In this document: in pieces, positions 36,406-50,201 of the stretch | How the letters are laid out: each line of letters opens with the position of its first letter | How positions within the stretch are numbered: position 1 is the stretch's first letter | Assembly (NCBI RefSeq): GCF_039654945.1 | Contig: NW_027361679.1 | Location: forward strand, 90,334,001 to 90,398,000 | DNA: 64,000 nucleotides | DNA from: Dendrobates tinctorius | Taxonomy: Eukaryota | Direction of reading: 5' to 3' | Program-made: the position numbers and the translations under genes | The notes under the pieces: generated by a model | Databases searched by the model: none | Told to the model about the DNA's origin: nothing | Seen by the model: the letters and a program-made list of their open reading frames with translations, nothing else

Positions 36406-38885
36406 CCTGAGTGTGCAGCTACCCAATATTTTGAGGAAAACTGTTTAGGTTCATGGCAGGGCTTGGAAGGAAAAGAGTGCCATTTGAAATTTTTAATATA
36501 AAATATGCTGGACTAATTAGCTGTTGCCATGTCGAGTTTGGATAGCCCCTGATGTGGCTAAACAGTGGAAACCCCCCACAAGTGACACCATTTTGGAAAC
36601 TAGACCCCTTTGAGACCTTACCTAGATGTCTACTGAGAACCTTGAATCCCCAGGCGCTTCACAGAAGTTTATAACATTAAGCCGTAAAAATAAAAAAAAA
36701 TACATTTTTCCCACAAATCTTTTTTTAGCTACAAAGTTTGTATTATCACAAGGGCAAAAGGAGAAAATGGACCCCAGTTTGTTGTGCAGTTTCTCCTGAG
36801 TTCACCGATGCCCCATATATGGTCGAAAACTACTTTTGAGTCACAGTGCAATGCTCAGAAAGGAAGTAGTTCCATATTACACTGCAGATTTTGCTGCACT
36901 TGTTTGAGGGTGCCATGTTACATTGACTGAGCCCCTGAGTTGCCAGAACAGCAGAATCCCCCATAAATGACCCCATTTTACCAATTAAACCTCTCAATGA
37001 ACTCATCTAGGGGTATAGTGATTATATTGACACCACAGGTGCGTCACAAACTTTTATACCATTGGGCAGTGAATAAAAAATAATTTACATTTTTACCACC
37101 AAGGTTGTGTGTTAGCCCCAAGTTTTACATTTTCACACTGGGAAATGGGTAGAAATGGCATCAGAATTTGTCCCACAATTTCTGCTAAAAGTAGAAATAC
37201 CCTTTATGTGGCTGTACAGTACTACTTAGCCATATGGAGTGACTAGGGAGGGACGGAGGACTATTTGCCTCCTGGAGCACAGATTTTCCTAGACTAGTTT
37301 GTGGATTCCATGTAAAGAGCCCCTAAGTGCTAGAAAAGCAGAATCCTCCATCAAGTGACCCCATTTTGGAAATTATAACCTTTTGGGAATTCATCTACAG
37401 ATGTAGTGACGATTTTAACTCCATGGGCGGTTTCCAGAAACAGGCAGCAGTGGATGTTGCCGAGTGAAAATTGCAAACTGCTGTTGTAGTAACCAGTACG
37501 CTGCAGTGACCAGTACGTTGCAGTCACCAGTACATTATGCCCAGCTCATGCTTCTGGAGACCTGTAAATTAGGCGGGCTCTCCACTACAGAAATACCAAA
37601 CGTGGGCGTTAAATGTTGTTTAGGCATACTGGCACTCAGAAGGGAAGGGGGGGCATTTGGATTTGGGAGCTGAGAATTTGCTGAATTTCTTTTGGGGAGT
37701 GAGGAGCCATTTTACATTTTCAGATCCTTTGTGTTACCTGTAATGTGGAAGCCCTTATATTTCCGTTAACAGATGACGTTCCTGAGTAAGGGCTTGCTTT
37801 TTTTGTGGATTAAGTTGAAGCTTTTATTTGGAACATTTTACATAACTTTTGGGATCACATTTATCTGGTCCTCTACGCTGAGCACGCACTTTGGGGTTTC
37901 CATCTAAATTTCCGAGTGACTTGACAGATGAAACCCCTGAGGGATCAATTCACTATAATGAGGCAGCAGATTTACTCTGGCCTCTGTTCAGAGGTGTCCT
38001 TTTCAGAAGTGCACAAAACTGTGCAATCCTAAAAAGCAGGGCTGTGGAGTCAGTAAGCCAAACCTCTGACTCCAAAATTCCCATGAAACTGACTGCACAA
38101 CCCCAACTCCCTCATACATGGCTCATGTTTAAATGATAAATTGACTGTAGTAAAATGGTAACATCAGGCTTTTAATATTTATTATGATAAAGTATATCTA
38201 AATGGCTTAATTTTTGTATGTTCTATTTATTGGAATACAACTTTAGAACAAATAATACTTTGCATATTTACAATTTATTATACACTCTGCAGTAAGTGGG
38301 GGAAAGAAACAGTTTTCAACAAAAATGAACTGAATAGCATTTGTGCAGTCTGTGAATTTGTTCTGAGATAGTATCGCCTCCATCAGATCCTCCTTTATAG
38401 ATGACCTCAAATGTGACCTATTTATTTTAAGGCTAGAGAACAACCGCTCTACAGTAACTTGGGTTGGATGCAAAGCAGTAACCACATGGACAATAGCTCT
38501 ACAAATTTCAGGGTATAAAGGAATGGCCTCGTGCAGTCAGTTTTGATGAATAATTGGACTCTTCTACTTCTTTGAGAGCAAGTGAAAAATTTTGCTGAAA
38601 TATGGTCAATCTGTTTTCTATGGGAGTGCAATCTTTTTCCCTGCAGCAATGCTTTGCCTGCACCATGTCATCCAAATACTTGTCGAAATCAAACTCCACA
38701 TCTGATGAGGATGAAGGAATAGCAGCAGCAGGACCCGAGTCATCTATCTCTTGGCCGTCCTGTCGCCCACTCATCCTAACTGCTACCTCAATCAGAGCTT
38801 TTCCTTTAGTAAACCGTTAATCATCCAGCAATATACGATGACTCGGGTCCACATAAACAGCTGCCAGAAGAATTTTATTTTCTAA

Positions 38886-40212
38886 CTAGCTGAAGAGCCA
38901 GTCGCTGCTCGGGCATTGTAACTAACTACGGTTAGTTATAACAAATTATAATGAATATATATGTATATATATATATATAAAGCTGAGTGTATAGCCACAT
39001 TCACTATAATATCCCACCAGCCAGAGCTACCAGACTACTACCCCTAATATCCCACATCGTCCCAACAGCCAGGGCCACCGGACTGCTAATATGCAACATC
39101 ATCCTGTCAAAGCCACCGGACTACTACCCCTAATATCCCACATCATCCTGTCAGCCATAGCCACCGCACAACTACCACTAATATCCACATCATCCCATCA
39201 CAGTTGCCATACTACTAGCCTTAATATCCCACATCATCCCGTCAGCCATAGCCACCGGACTACTACCACTAATATCCCACATCACCCCGTCAGCCTGGGA
39301 TCAGAATCAGAGCGCTGAGTGGAATTGCCCTAACTTCCATATCGGGAATCCCTTTAAGAGAGACCTGGTGTCAGAACCAGAGCGCTGAGTGGATTTGCCC
39401 TGACTTCCATACCAATGATCCCTTTAATAGAAGCCTGGGGTGAGAATCGGAGCGCTAATGGATTTACCCTAACTTCCATACCAGAAATCCCTTTAAGAGA
39501 GGCCTGGGGTCAGTACCAAAGTGCAGAGTGGATTTGCCCTCATTTCCATACCGGGGATCCCTTTAAGAGAGCCTGGGATCAGAACCAGAGCGCTGAGTGA
39601 ATTTGCCCTGACTTGCATACCAATGATCCTTTTAATAGAATCCTGGGGTCAGATTCAGAGCGCTGAGGGATTTGCCCTAACCTCCATACAGGAGATCCCT
39701 TTAAGAGAGCCTGGGGTCAGTACCAGAGCATTTGAAGGCAATTGCCCTGACTTCTATATCGGAGATCTCTTTAGAGAGCCTGGAGTCAGCACCAGAGCGC
39801 TGAGTGGAACGGTCCTAACTTCCATACCGGGGATCCCTTTACGAGAGGCCTGGGGTCAGAACCAGAGCGCTTAGTGGAATTGCCCTAACTTCCATACCAA
39901 TGATCCCTTTAAGAGGGAAGATGTGACTATGGGATGGAGGATGTGTATATGGGCACAGGAGGGGGGATTCATTTGTCATGTGCTCTCTGCTCCTTTCTGT
40001 GGGGCAGACAAAGGCTGGGAGCTTATGTTCCTGGGGATGTTAGATTTCTCCCACCCCGTCAGTGTGTCTGCTGAGGTGTTTTCTGGAGTGGGAAAACTGT
40101 TGCTCATAGCAACCAATCACTGCGCAGCTTCTTTTAAACAGCTCTGGTGAAATGAAAGATGCTTCGTGATTGGTTGGTGGTACACACACGCATTCAAATT
40201 TATATATGGAGA
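38886..40212 (-). mobile_element. Non-autonomous Helitron
   Basis: On -: A|TC...imperfect GC hairpin...CTAG|T with no TSD; removal restores the hAT frame ETLLLENKILLAAVYVDP. Confidence 0.85.
39000..39915. repeat. Two tandem-repeat blocks inside the Helitron
   Basis: ACTACCCCTAATATCCCACATC-type units (39000-39292), then longer CCTGGGGTCAGAACCAGAGCGCTGAGTGG...CCCTTTAAGAGAG units (39293-39915). Confidence 0.85.
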
Positions 40213-41205
40213 TAGCAGTGTCTCTGTTTCAGTGAAGCAGCAATGCCATCTGCGATTAAACCTCTTTGGGACAGGCAAAACAACAAGTTCTTCCACTCCT
40301 TTATAAAAATGCCAGGAGTAAAATCCTCAGCTTGTAACTTTTTAGTCACTGTAAATGGGTGATGAAGCAATTCCTTCAATTCAGGCACCTGTGTCCATTG
40401 ACCTTCATGTAGTGTTACCTGAAGGTTGGCCATATCTACAAGGAAGGGTTTCAGCTCAAGCAAACACTTAATCTTTAAATAGATGCTGCCCCACCGAGTT
40501 GCTTGATCCACAATTGCCCCGTTTCCAGCACATCTTCAAGATGGAATCAGTTTTCGGGGTTGTGGCAGCAATAGCCAATTTCTTCACTTTGCCAATCAGA
40601 TTCCCAGCATGTCCCTCTTGCAGACTATATCTTATTGCCAGCTGCAGCGTGTGCACAACACAGCCCATGTGATGAATAGGAAAGAGGTGTGAAGCAGCTT
40701 CAACAAGATCATCTAATTGTAAAGAATCATTTTTCTGTTCTTCTGTAGTAATATCTGTTTGTTCCTCCGTTATGGGAACAGGACTGTGGCCTTCCAACTC
40801 CAACATACTGAATGTGAAATGTTCATTATTCTCATTCATCAGTTGAATTGTACTCATGTTTGAAGCATTATCAGTTACAATAGCAAGGACCTGTTCTTTT
40901 TTGAGTTCATATTCTTGCAGAACTTTTTCCACTAAGGTCTGGAGAAACTGGCTGCTGTAATGAGCTTTAGTATCTTTTACTGCCAGCGTCTTGGTAACAA
41001 TTTTCTTTGTTGTCACAAACATATCGAACGTTGATAGCAAAATAGTTCACACTGTGACGTGTGCAGGCATCCATTTTAAGAAATGCAATACGTCTCTTGA
41101 GAGTCTTTAATATCTTCCTTTTGGTTAAGGGCTTCTTCTATCACTAATTTTCTAATACTTTCTCTTTCCAGAGAAACACCAAGTTGTGAGCCATTTCTCC
41201 ATTAA

Positions 41206-41570
41206 AGGGCCTGTCACACTAAGATATCGCTAGCAATATCGCTATAACTTGTGACGTTATAGCGATATTGCTAGCGATATCGCTGTGTCTGATACCTATG
41301 ACCCGCTCCCCCGCTGGTTATCACTGATCGCGCGAGAACAGGCTGGACAGTTTCTCGTCGTCAGGTTCCTGCTGTGACGACGAGCGACGCGTGGAGCCGG
41401 GCGGGAGGACGCAGGATCGCCTGGTGTGACAGGTAAGTAGCGATCCCCGTCCCCAGCGATGTCGCTAGTGAGATCTGCCTGTGTGGCAGCTCACTAGCGA
41501 CCACTTAGCGATGTACCAGCGATCCTGACCGCGTCATATCGCTGGTACATCGCTAAGTGTGACAGTACCT
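41206..41570. mobile_element. PIF/Harbinger-type MITE inserted in the hAT transposase
   Basis: Near-identical to 30919-31299; TAA/TTA flanks. Confidence 0.85.
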
Positions 41571-42327
41571 TTAGAGCTGTAAAAGCTGGTCGTGCAAATA
41601 ATGATAATGGTACACAGTCCTTCACAACAAGCTTGATGAGCTGTCTTTTAAACACATCTGCTGTCATTGTTACAATAACTTTGTCACAAAATATCTTGTA
41701 ACTGACGTTTGAGACGCTCTTTCCTCCTTTGCCTGGTGTGAAGTGCTGGTCCCTGGTTTCTTGGTGCTACTGTGATCTTTTTCAGTCACAGATTTGTAAA
41801 CTTCTGGTTGGCAGCGTTGTAAATGTCTTTTTAGATAGGAAACTCTTGAAGGAGCATTTTTACCACTGACTGAGTATGCACTGATTTTGGCATCACAGCA
41901 TTTGTTTTCATCTGGGTCACTTATACACACACTGACACACAAAATGTTTGTTATCTTGAGTCACTGTGAAATGGTCAAATGCAGCTGATTCCATAAGATT
42001 CTTCTTAGACATTTTGTAATTATGTAAATTCCCTCTCCAAATTTTGTCCAGTAAAAAAAATGTATATTGTAATTCTTGCAAAAATAGAGAATCATGCACT
42101 GTATAATTTGAGATATAAATAAAACAATCTTGCATAAATCAATAGGACAGATAATAAGTATAAAGTTTGTAAAATGTGTTAAATAGCTTTACTTTGAACT
42201 TTCAATGTCAAGGCTTGTCTCTACAGGGTACAGCTCACTAAATGCTTCACATCATATTTCTTCATAGTCTATGAAGAGGGGAGAAGGGAGGGAGCATGTT
42301 TGTGCTGAATCACATTACAGAACACAC

Positions 42328-42480
42328 AAAAATATTCAGAATTGAGAGTTCTCAGTGGTTGATACCTTTTAATGGCTAACTGAAAAGCTTTTGAGACAAC
42401 TCAGGTCTCTTCATAGTAGTCTTTTCAGTTAGCCATTAAAAGGCATCAACCACTGAGGACTCTCAATTCTGAATATTTTT
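42328..42480. repeat. 60-bp-arm inverted repeat (Penelope-like)
   Basis: 42328-42387 pairs with 42421-42480 with two mismatches; 33-nt spacer. Confidence 0.85.
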
Positions 42481-44747
42481 CTATCTACTGGCTAATACAG
42501 TACAAAGATATACATCTTTTCTGTATTCCAGTACACACACAAATATATGTCCTTATCGATCCTGTTACTGTGTTTCTGAATTTGAGATGTTAGAAAACAT
42601 TTTTTCCCCTTATATTCTATGTATAGTGTATATAAGTCAACAGAGCAGCTAATTTCTCCAAACATGAGCTAAGAGGAAAAACAAACTAAAACATCAAGCA
42701 TACAGAGACAGCATATACTGGACTATTGATTTATGCAGTTTATTTAAAGTTTAGTCATGCTTTAGGAAGTACTTACCTTCTTTAATCCTGCTTTCCTATT
42801 CACTCCAGAAATTCTGAGATTAATGTAGGCTTTCCTTCCCTGTGTGTTTATTTTTTCCCCTTATCTGTAGATGAGTAGCTTCACTACTTATGAACATAAA
42901 CTGCAGCATAGATTCATCTCAGCAAAAAGTTTAGACCTTAGATCAGGAATAGGACAGACATTTATAAGACATTTCATAACTTATCCAAATTCTTATGAAA
43001 AATGTTCTCCACATACTGCATTGAACTACTGTACCCAATTTATTATATATTTTAGGAGTATGAGTCGGTCCATTTTATACCGACTCCACCAAAATGGGCT
43101 CTGACTCCGACTCCACAGCCCTGCTAAAAAGACGGACACTGCCGGATCACAGGTCCTATGGAGTCCACAGTGATTCCATATGCCTCATTGTAGGGAATTT
43201 TCCACTGAAGGTTCTGTCTGAATCACGTATTTCAGAGATCTACACGGAAGCCCCGATGTGAGCGCAGGATGAATGTACGCCAAGACTTACTGCGATCTTT
43301 GGGAGGCAGAATGAAAAAAATCAACAGCAGGTGAAGAACTGGTTTTATTTTTTACGCCGTTCTTCGTGCGGTAAAAGTGATTGGGCGACTTTAGTCTTCA
43401 GGTCGGTGTGATACCAGATTTATAATGGAATTTTGTTTGGCTGCTGTCACACAATAAAAGACGCTTTTTATTGCAAAATATAGTTTTTGCATCACCATAT
43501 TTTGAGGGCTATAATTTTTCCATGTTTTGGCCCACAGAGTTATATGAGGGCTTTGTTTTTTGCGGAGCGAGCTGACATTTTTATTGATACCATTTTCGCG
43601 CACATTACATTTTTTGATCACTTTCTATTCTTATTTGTGGGAGACCGAATGAACAAAAACCAGCAATTCAGGAATTGCTTTTTGTTTTTGTACCGTTTCG
43701 CATGTAGTAAAATTGGTAAGGCGGCTTTATTCTTCGGGTCAATATGATTACAGCGATACCTCATTTGTATAGTTTATGAATTGGCACTTTTACACAAACT
43801 TATTTGCTAGAAAAAATTATTTTTGCATCATTTTATTCTGAGAGCTATAACTTTTTATTTTTCTGCTGATAGAGCTGTATGGTAGCTTGTTTTTTGGGGA
43901 CAAGATGATGTTCTTCAGCGGTATCATTTTTATTTACATCCGTCTTTGATCGCGTTTTGTTGCACTTTTTGTTCAGAGGTATGATGATGAAACATTATTT
44001 TTTGCCTTTTTTTTTTTTTTACAGTGTGCACTGAAGGGACAGTTTTATAGAGTGGGTCGTTCTGGACCTGGCGATACCAAATGTGTACTTATTGGTTTTT
44101 TTTAATTTACATAAATGTATTGGAAAAATATTTACCGTATTAAGGATTTTTAAAAAAATATTTTTATACTTCATAATTTTTTTATATATTTATTTATTTA
44201 TTTTTTTTTTTTTTTACTATATATCAGATCACTGATCGGACACTGTACAGCAGAGTATCAGATTAGGATCTGACAGGCAGGGAAGGAGGCATGCCGGCGC
44301 CGGTTCTCAGCAGGCGCTCACAAACCACCTTCCCTTCAGGGCCTGGTTGGACCCCATGGCGATCTTGGTGCCGAGGGTCTCCATGGAGACCATCAGGATA
44401 TCGCGATGCGATTGTGATGTCCCGATGAAAGCATGCAGGGAGCCCCCTCATTGCGCAATGCTTCTCTATGCCGTCGTCACTACTGACCGCGGCATTAGAG
44501 GGGTTAATTGCCCGCGATCGGTGCAAGCACCAATCGTGGGCACTGTTGCGAGGAGTTAGCTGTCACATACAGCTGACACCCGCACCCAATTGCCGCAGCG
44601 CACAGCGTGAGGCGCCGTGATTGTGCCGCCGTAGATATATACTGCTCTTTGCGGGAACGCACCTCCGGCAGAGCAGTACAGTATATGTACGGCTCATGTC
44701 AGGAAGGAGTTAAAATACAATTTCTTAGCAGTACTTTTGGTGCTACT

Positions 44748-44995
44748 TGGTGATGAGCGAACGCGCTCAGATAAGGTTTTATCCAAGCATGTTTGGGTGC
44801 TAACAGAGTGTATTCGGCGTGCTCGATGATTATGTTCGAGACCCTTCGGCAGAATGTCTCCCGGCTGTTAGGCAATCCCTGCATGTATTGCCGCTGTCTA
44901 ACAGCCGGGAGACATTCTGCGGCCGGGTCTCTGATATAATCGTCGAGCATGCCAAAGACACTCAGTTAGTACCCGAACACGTTCGCTCATCACTA
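44748..44995. mobile_element. hAT-type MITE
   Basis: TGGTGATGAGCGAAC ... GTTCGCTCATCACTA; degenerate 8-bp flanks GTGCTACT/GTCCCACT. Confidence 0.75.
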
Positions 44996-45409
44996 GTCCC
45001 ACTTCCACAATTAAGCACCTCGGAACATATAAAAACATCAGAAATAAGTCTTCATAACATTTTATTGAGACATGTGCCTTTAGGTGCAATACGTAACTTA
45101 GTCTTAATGCTGGAGCGTTCCATCACCATGTTCCTGAGGTCAATAATTCAGGCTCCAGGAAGCTATAGTTCCCTTTAATACAATATATATGTCTTGATTT
45201 TCTATCATGTAGCAGTAACGTTCAGACTTCCCAGTCTCCCTCAGACAGCAATTTTATTATGCATATTGCTTTCTCCCTGGTGCCAAGATTTGCCATGTGT
45301 TGGAAAGGGTTGATAAATTGAGTGGCTGGTGATGATCCATTTGTCATGGTCCACATAGGAACCAAGTATGAAATAAGTGGTAGGTGAAGGATCCTTAAAA
45401 ATAATTTAA

Positions 45410-47685
45410 CCCCTTTACCCCCAAGGGTGGTTTGCATGTTAATAACCAGGCCAATTTTTACAATTCTAACCACTGTCCCTTTATGAGGTAATAACTCTGG
45501 AACGCTTCCATGGATCCTGGTGATTCTGACATTGTTTTCTTGTGACATGTTGTACTTCATGTTAGTGGTAAAATTTCATTGATATAACTTGTGTTTATTT
45601 GTGAAAAATACGGCAATTTGGAGAAAACTTTGAAAATTTCGCAATTTTCCAACTTTGAATTTTCATGCCGTTAAATCAGAGATATGGCACTCAAAATACT
45701 TAATAAGTAACATTTCCCACATGTTTACTTTACATCAGCATAATTTTGGAACAAATTTTTTTTGTTAGGAAGTTATAATTAGAAGGGTTAAAAGTCGACC
45801 AGCGATTTATTTTTACAACACCATTTTTTTTTTTTTTTTTAGGGACCATATCACATTTGAAGTCACTTTGAGGGGTCTATATGATACCCAAAAGTGACAC
45901 CATTCTAAAAACTCCACCCCTCAAGGTGCTCAAAACCACATTCAAGAAGTTTATTAAACCTTCAGGTGCTTCACAGGAATTTTTTGAATGTTTAAAAAAA
46001 AAAAAATGAACATTTAACTTTTTTTTCACAAAATTACTTCAGGTCCAATATTTTTATTTTAGGAAGGGTAAAAGGAAAAATTGGACCACAAAACTTATTG
46101 TGCAATTTGTCCTGAGTACACGGATACCCCATATGTGGGGGTAAATCACTGTTTGTGCGTAGGCAGAGCTCAGAAGGGAAGGCGCACCGTTTTACTTTTT
46201 CAACACAAAATTGGCTGGAATTGAGATCAGACGCCATGTTGCATTTGGAGAGCCCCTGATGTGCCTAAACAGTGGAAACCCACCACAAATGACACTATTT
46301 TGGAAACTAGACCCCCCAAAGGAACTTATCTAGATGTGTGGTGAGCACTATGAACGCCCAAGTGCTTCATAGAAGTTTATAAAGCCGGGGCATGAAAATA
46401 AATCATTTTTCCCACAAATATCTTTTAGTCCCCAATTTTTTTTATTTTCCTAAGGGTAACAGGAGAAATTGGACCCCAAAAGTTGTTGTCCGATTTGTCT
46501 TGAGTACGCTGATGCTCCATATGTGGGAGAAAACTACTGTATGGGCACACGTTGGGGCTCGGAAGGGAAGTAGTGACGTTTTGGAATGTAGACTTTGATG
46601 GAATGGTCTGCGGGTGTCACGTCGCATTTGGAGAGCCCCTGATGTGCCTAAACAGTGAAAACCCCCCACAAGTGACCCCATTTTGGAAACAACCCCCCAT
46701 GGAACTTATCTAGATGTGTGGTGAGAACTTTGAACCCCCAAGTGCTTCACAGAAGTTTATAATGCAGAGCCGTGAAAATAAGTTTTTTTTTTTTTCATCA
46801 AAAAAATGATTTTTTAGCCCGCAATTTTTTAGTTTCACAAGGGTAACAGGAGAAATTGGACCCCCAAAGTTGTTGTGCAATTTTTCCTGAGTACACGGAT
46901 ACCCCATATGTTGAGGTAAACTACTGTTTGGGCACACGTCGGGGCTCGGGAGGGAGCACTGTTTTACTTTAGGAACGCAAAATTGTCTGGAATCAATGGT
47001 AGTGCCATGTCGCGTTTGGAGACCCCTTACTGTTCCTAAGTAGTGGAAACTCCTCAATTCTAACTCACCCCTAACCCCAACACATCCGTAACCCTAACCA
47101 CAAGCCTAACCCTAACTCCAACCCAATCACTAATTCCAACCCTAACGGAAAAATACAAATAAATATATTTTCTTTTTATTATTTCTCCCTACCTATGGGG
47201 GTGATAAAGGGGGGGGATTATTGAATATTTTTTTATTTTGATCACTTTGATAGGGTCTATGACAGTGATCAAAGTGTACATGGAATGAATGAATCCTAGC
47301 AGATTTGGCGGGTGAACTGCACATGCGCCCGCTACTTTGGAAGATGGTGGCGCCCATGGAGGCTCCAGGATTGACACCGGGACTCAGGAGGTACCGGGGG
47401 GGGGAAGCATATACTGACTGCGGCAGCAGATCGTGGGGGGGGGGGGGGGCAGATCGCGGTCTCCAGCCATGGCCGATGATATTGCAGCATCGGCCATGGC
47501 TGGATTGTAATATTTCACCAAATTTCATAAATATTACAATTGCTCTGGCTGTTGCATTTTCAACAGCCTATCAGAGCGATTGTAGCCACGGGGGGGGGTG
47601 ATTAATTCATGACAGCATATGCGTCACAGGTCGGTTTGGCACCGACTTTCATGACGCATACGCTGTGTCAAAGGTCGGGAAGGGG
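45410..47685 (-). mobile_element. Non-autonomous piggyBac-like element
   Basis: TTAA|CCCCTTT ... GAAGGGG|TTAA; reverse homologue of about 10960-13242; CCCTAA tract at about 47060-47145. Confidence 0.82.
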
Positions 47686-47689
47686 TTAA

Positions 47690-47990
47690 AAGATTCAGAA
47701 GGCACGCAGAGAATATTAATGAGATTTGAGGGGTTTCTGAGTGTAGCAGTTGAGGGGTTCGACTTACTATAACATGAGGGGCTGGGGTTGGGAGAGATTT
47801 CTCCTGCGACTAGGAGAAGGATAGAAAGAGTGAGCAGACGGTTGATTTGTGAGAGCGTCTCTTGTGTTGGATGGTGGGACTGAACGAATCTGTGCAATTT
47901 AACAATGTGAAAAGAGCGTGAGTGCTATACATAGGAGAGGAGTGAGGGGCCGATATGAATGGAGTATAAAGAGTTAATGCAAGGACGGTG
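47690..47990 (-). mobile_element. L2-type LINE ORF2 5' fragment
   Basis: LLTLSILLLVAGEISPNPSP ... RNPSNLINI, typical of an L2 ORF2 N-terminus. Confidence 0.6.
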
Positions 47991-48374
47991 GATATGAGTG
48001 AATGCAGCAGCCAGCATATAAATTATAGAAATGTATATTGTAAAAATTTGTTGCAATCCAAAGGTGCTGTGTATAGGTTTAAATGTCTTACCTGTATCCT
48101 GCCCTGTCTAACTGCAGATACTTTGAAAAATTTACTTAGAATAAATGTACATAAATGCCCCTCTGCATAAATGCATCTCTAGACTAAGTCTGAATATATA
48201 GGAGGCTTGCTCTTAGATCTATCACTATTTTACCTCGTTAGCAATCAACTAAGTTAAGACAGCAGGAGACAATAAATATAGTATCAAGTAAACAAATTTG
48301 CAGGCCTACATGGATCATAAGCCTCTTTGGAGAAGGTTACAAGACCTTACAGCATTAAGGGACAAGCACATTAA

Positions 48375-48846
48375 GGCCTGTTTCACACATCAGTTTTTTC
48401 CGTCAGTTAAAATCCGCTAAAATGGCGGACAACGGATCCGTTCCTGTACTGACCACAACGTTTTGGCACCGGACCGTTGTTTTAACGGATCCGGCGAAGG
48501 AAGAATTTTAAAGGAACCGCTGCTGCCCGGGGAGGAGGGAGAGAGAGAACTGAGTTTAGGGTTAAATTTCCGACACAGGCATTTCTCCCGGGCATGCGCA
48601 ATAGAAAATGCGGATCCGGCCAGGGAAAAAAACCTATCATTGTCCATCCTGTCCGCTCAGCGGATGGCAAAATCTTGGCAGATCCGTAAAAAAACGGATC
48701 GAACGGATGACCATCCGTCAAGATCCGCCATTAATACAAGTCAATGGGGGAAAAAACGGATCCGCCAAGAAAAATGGCGGATCCGTTTTTTTTTGCAAAA
48801 CGGCGGATTTTGACTGAAGGGGAAAAACAGATGTGTGAAACAGGCC
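48375..48846. mobile_element. PIF/Harbinger-type MITE
   Basis: TAA|GGCCTGTTTCACACATC ... GATGTGTGAAACAGGCC|TAA. Confidence 0.9.
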
Positions 48847-49799
48847 TAAGAAGAATAAGCTAAATACCATTATATATGCTTGCTGACATTGAATAGAGAT
48901 GACTGGATACATGCAGGCTCTATGCAGTAGTTGAATGAACTAAATACCTGTATGAAGAGAATAGAGATGAGTGTTAGTTTCCGCCATGTTTAACTGCAGA
49001 TACTTGGAGCCATTTTGATTACGTTGTTAGAAACAGAAGCTTAATCCACCACAACCACTAAATACTGAAATGAATCGTGGTAAGCACAACATCACACTCT
49101 TATGAGCTCTGACTGAAAGAAAATCTGCCTTAGCTCCCCATTGCAACCAATCACAGTGAAGCGTTCAGTTCTTATACTGCTGAGGTAAAATGAAAGCTGT
49201 AGTCTGGTGGCTATGGACACCACCACAACGTTATGAACTGTGACTAAATAAAATTGTCTTTACTGCCCATAACCGCTAGAGACATAACAGAGCAGCTTTC
49301 ATTTCTTATACTGCTGAGGTAAAATGAAAGATGTTCTCTGAACATCCTCCCCACACTGTTCTGAAGTTGGGTTAAGAAAATCTTCTGTCCACAGCAGCCA
49401 ATCGCAGCACAGCATCCATTAATTTCTCACCAACCTCATGACACCAAAAGTCATGCAAAGGGGTCCAAGTATGGTGAAAGAAAAAGCCTATGGAGTCAGA
49501 GTTTATATAAAAATTGTAAGTAATTACATTTTTTCAATATTTTTACTGAACTCAGATCTAAAGTGTATAAAAATCAGCTTTTACTTTTCAAGCAATTTTA
49601 CCCTTGCAGACCTGTATTACTACATTATTTAGCTGTGAATATTTATGTGCAAAAAAAAAAAAATCTGCGCGCTGAATTTGCAGAATAGGCAAAACAAAAC
49701 TGGAACAGGACCCTCAGTTTACACAGAATATTATGTTCAGCGATAAGGCAAACATTTTTAGGTGTGAGACTTGTATAGATACACCTAAATAAAATCGAA

Positions 49800-50201
49800 A
49801 TGGTTCCATTTTCTTGCGTAGGGTGTCTTGTATTGAAATTTGCTGCAATGACCCGGGTACTGCGTTCACCAGACATCAACACAATTTCTATCCCCTCCTC
49901 ACATGTTAACCTCTGCAACATGTCAATGACTAAGCAAAGAAACTTGTAAATAACTCATTAAAGAATAAAGTTATGTTAAAACCAAGCACACCATTGTTTT
50001 TCTTGTTAAATTCTCAATAAGTTTGATTTGTCACATGACCCTGTTCCCATTGGAAATAGTAAGATCCAAAATGGTCGACTTCAAAATGGCCACCATGGTC
50101 ACCACCCATCTTGAAAAGTTTTTCCCCTCCCATAAACTAATGTGCCACAAACAGGAAGTTGATGTCACCAACCATTCCCATTTTATTTAGGTGTATCCAT
50201 A
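49800..50201 (-). mobile_element. Tc1/mariner-like remnant
   Basis: N-terminal HTH-like peptide MLQRLTCEEGIEIVLMSGERSTRVIAANFNTRHP; termini not resolved. Confidence 0.45.

Larger units (their letters stand above)
38340..42012 (-). pseudogene. hAT transposase (BED finger, DDE core, dimerisation domain), broken
   Basis: AFDHFT..FVCQC..LKRHL, IVTDNASNM, CVVHTLQL, TRWGS, VYVDP and PTQVTVERLFS motifs in several frames. Confidence 0.88.
38037..43123 (-). mobile_element. hAT DNA transposon, decayed autonomous type
   Basis: TIR CAGGGCTGTGGAGTC / GACTCCACAGCCCTG; 8-bp TSD CTAAAAAG at 38029-38036 and 43124-43131. Confidence 0.93.
35072..44709 (-). mobile_element. Large non-autonomous piggyBac-like element carrying nested hAT, Helitron and MITEs
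   Basis: TTAA|CCCCTTC at 35072 and GAAGGAG|TTAA at 44709; first 1.8 kb homologous to 45410-47050. Strand is relative to the 10151 copy. Confidence 0.72.
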
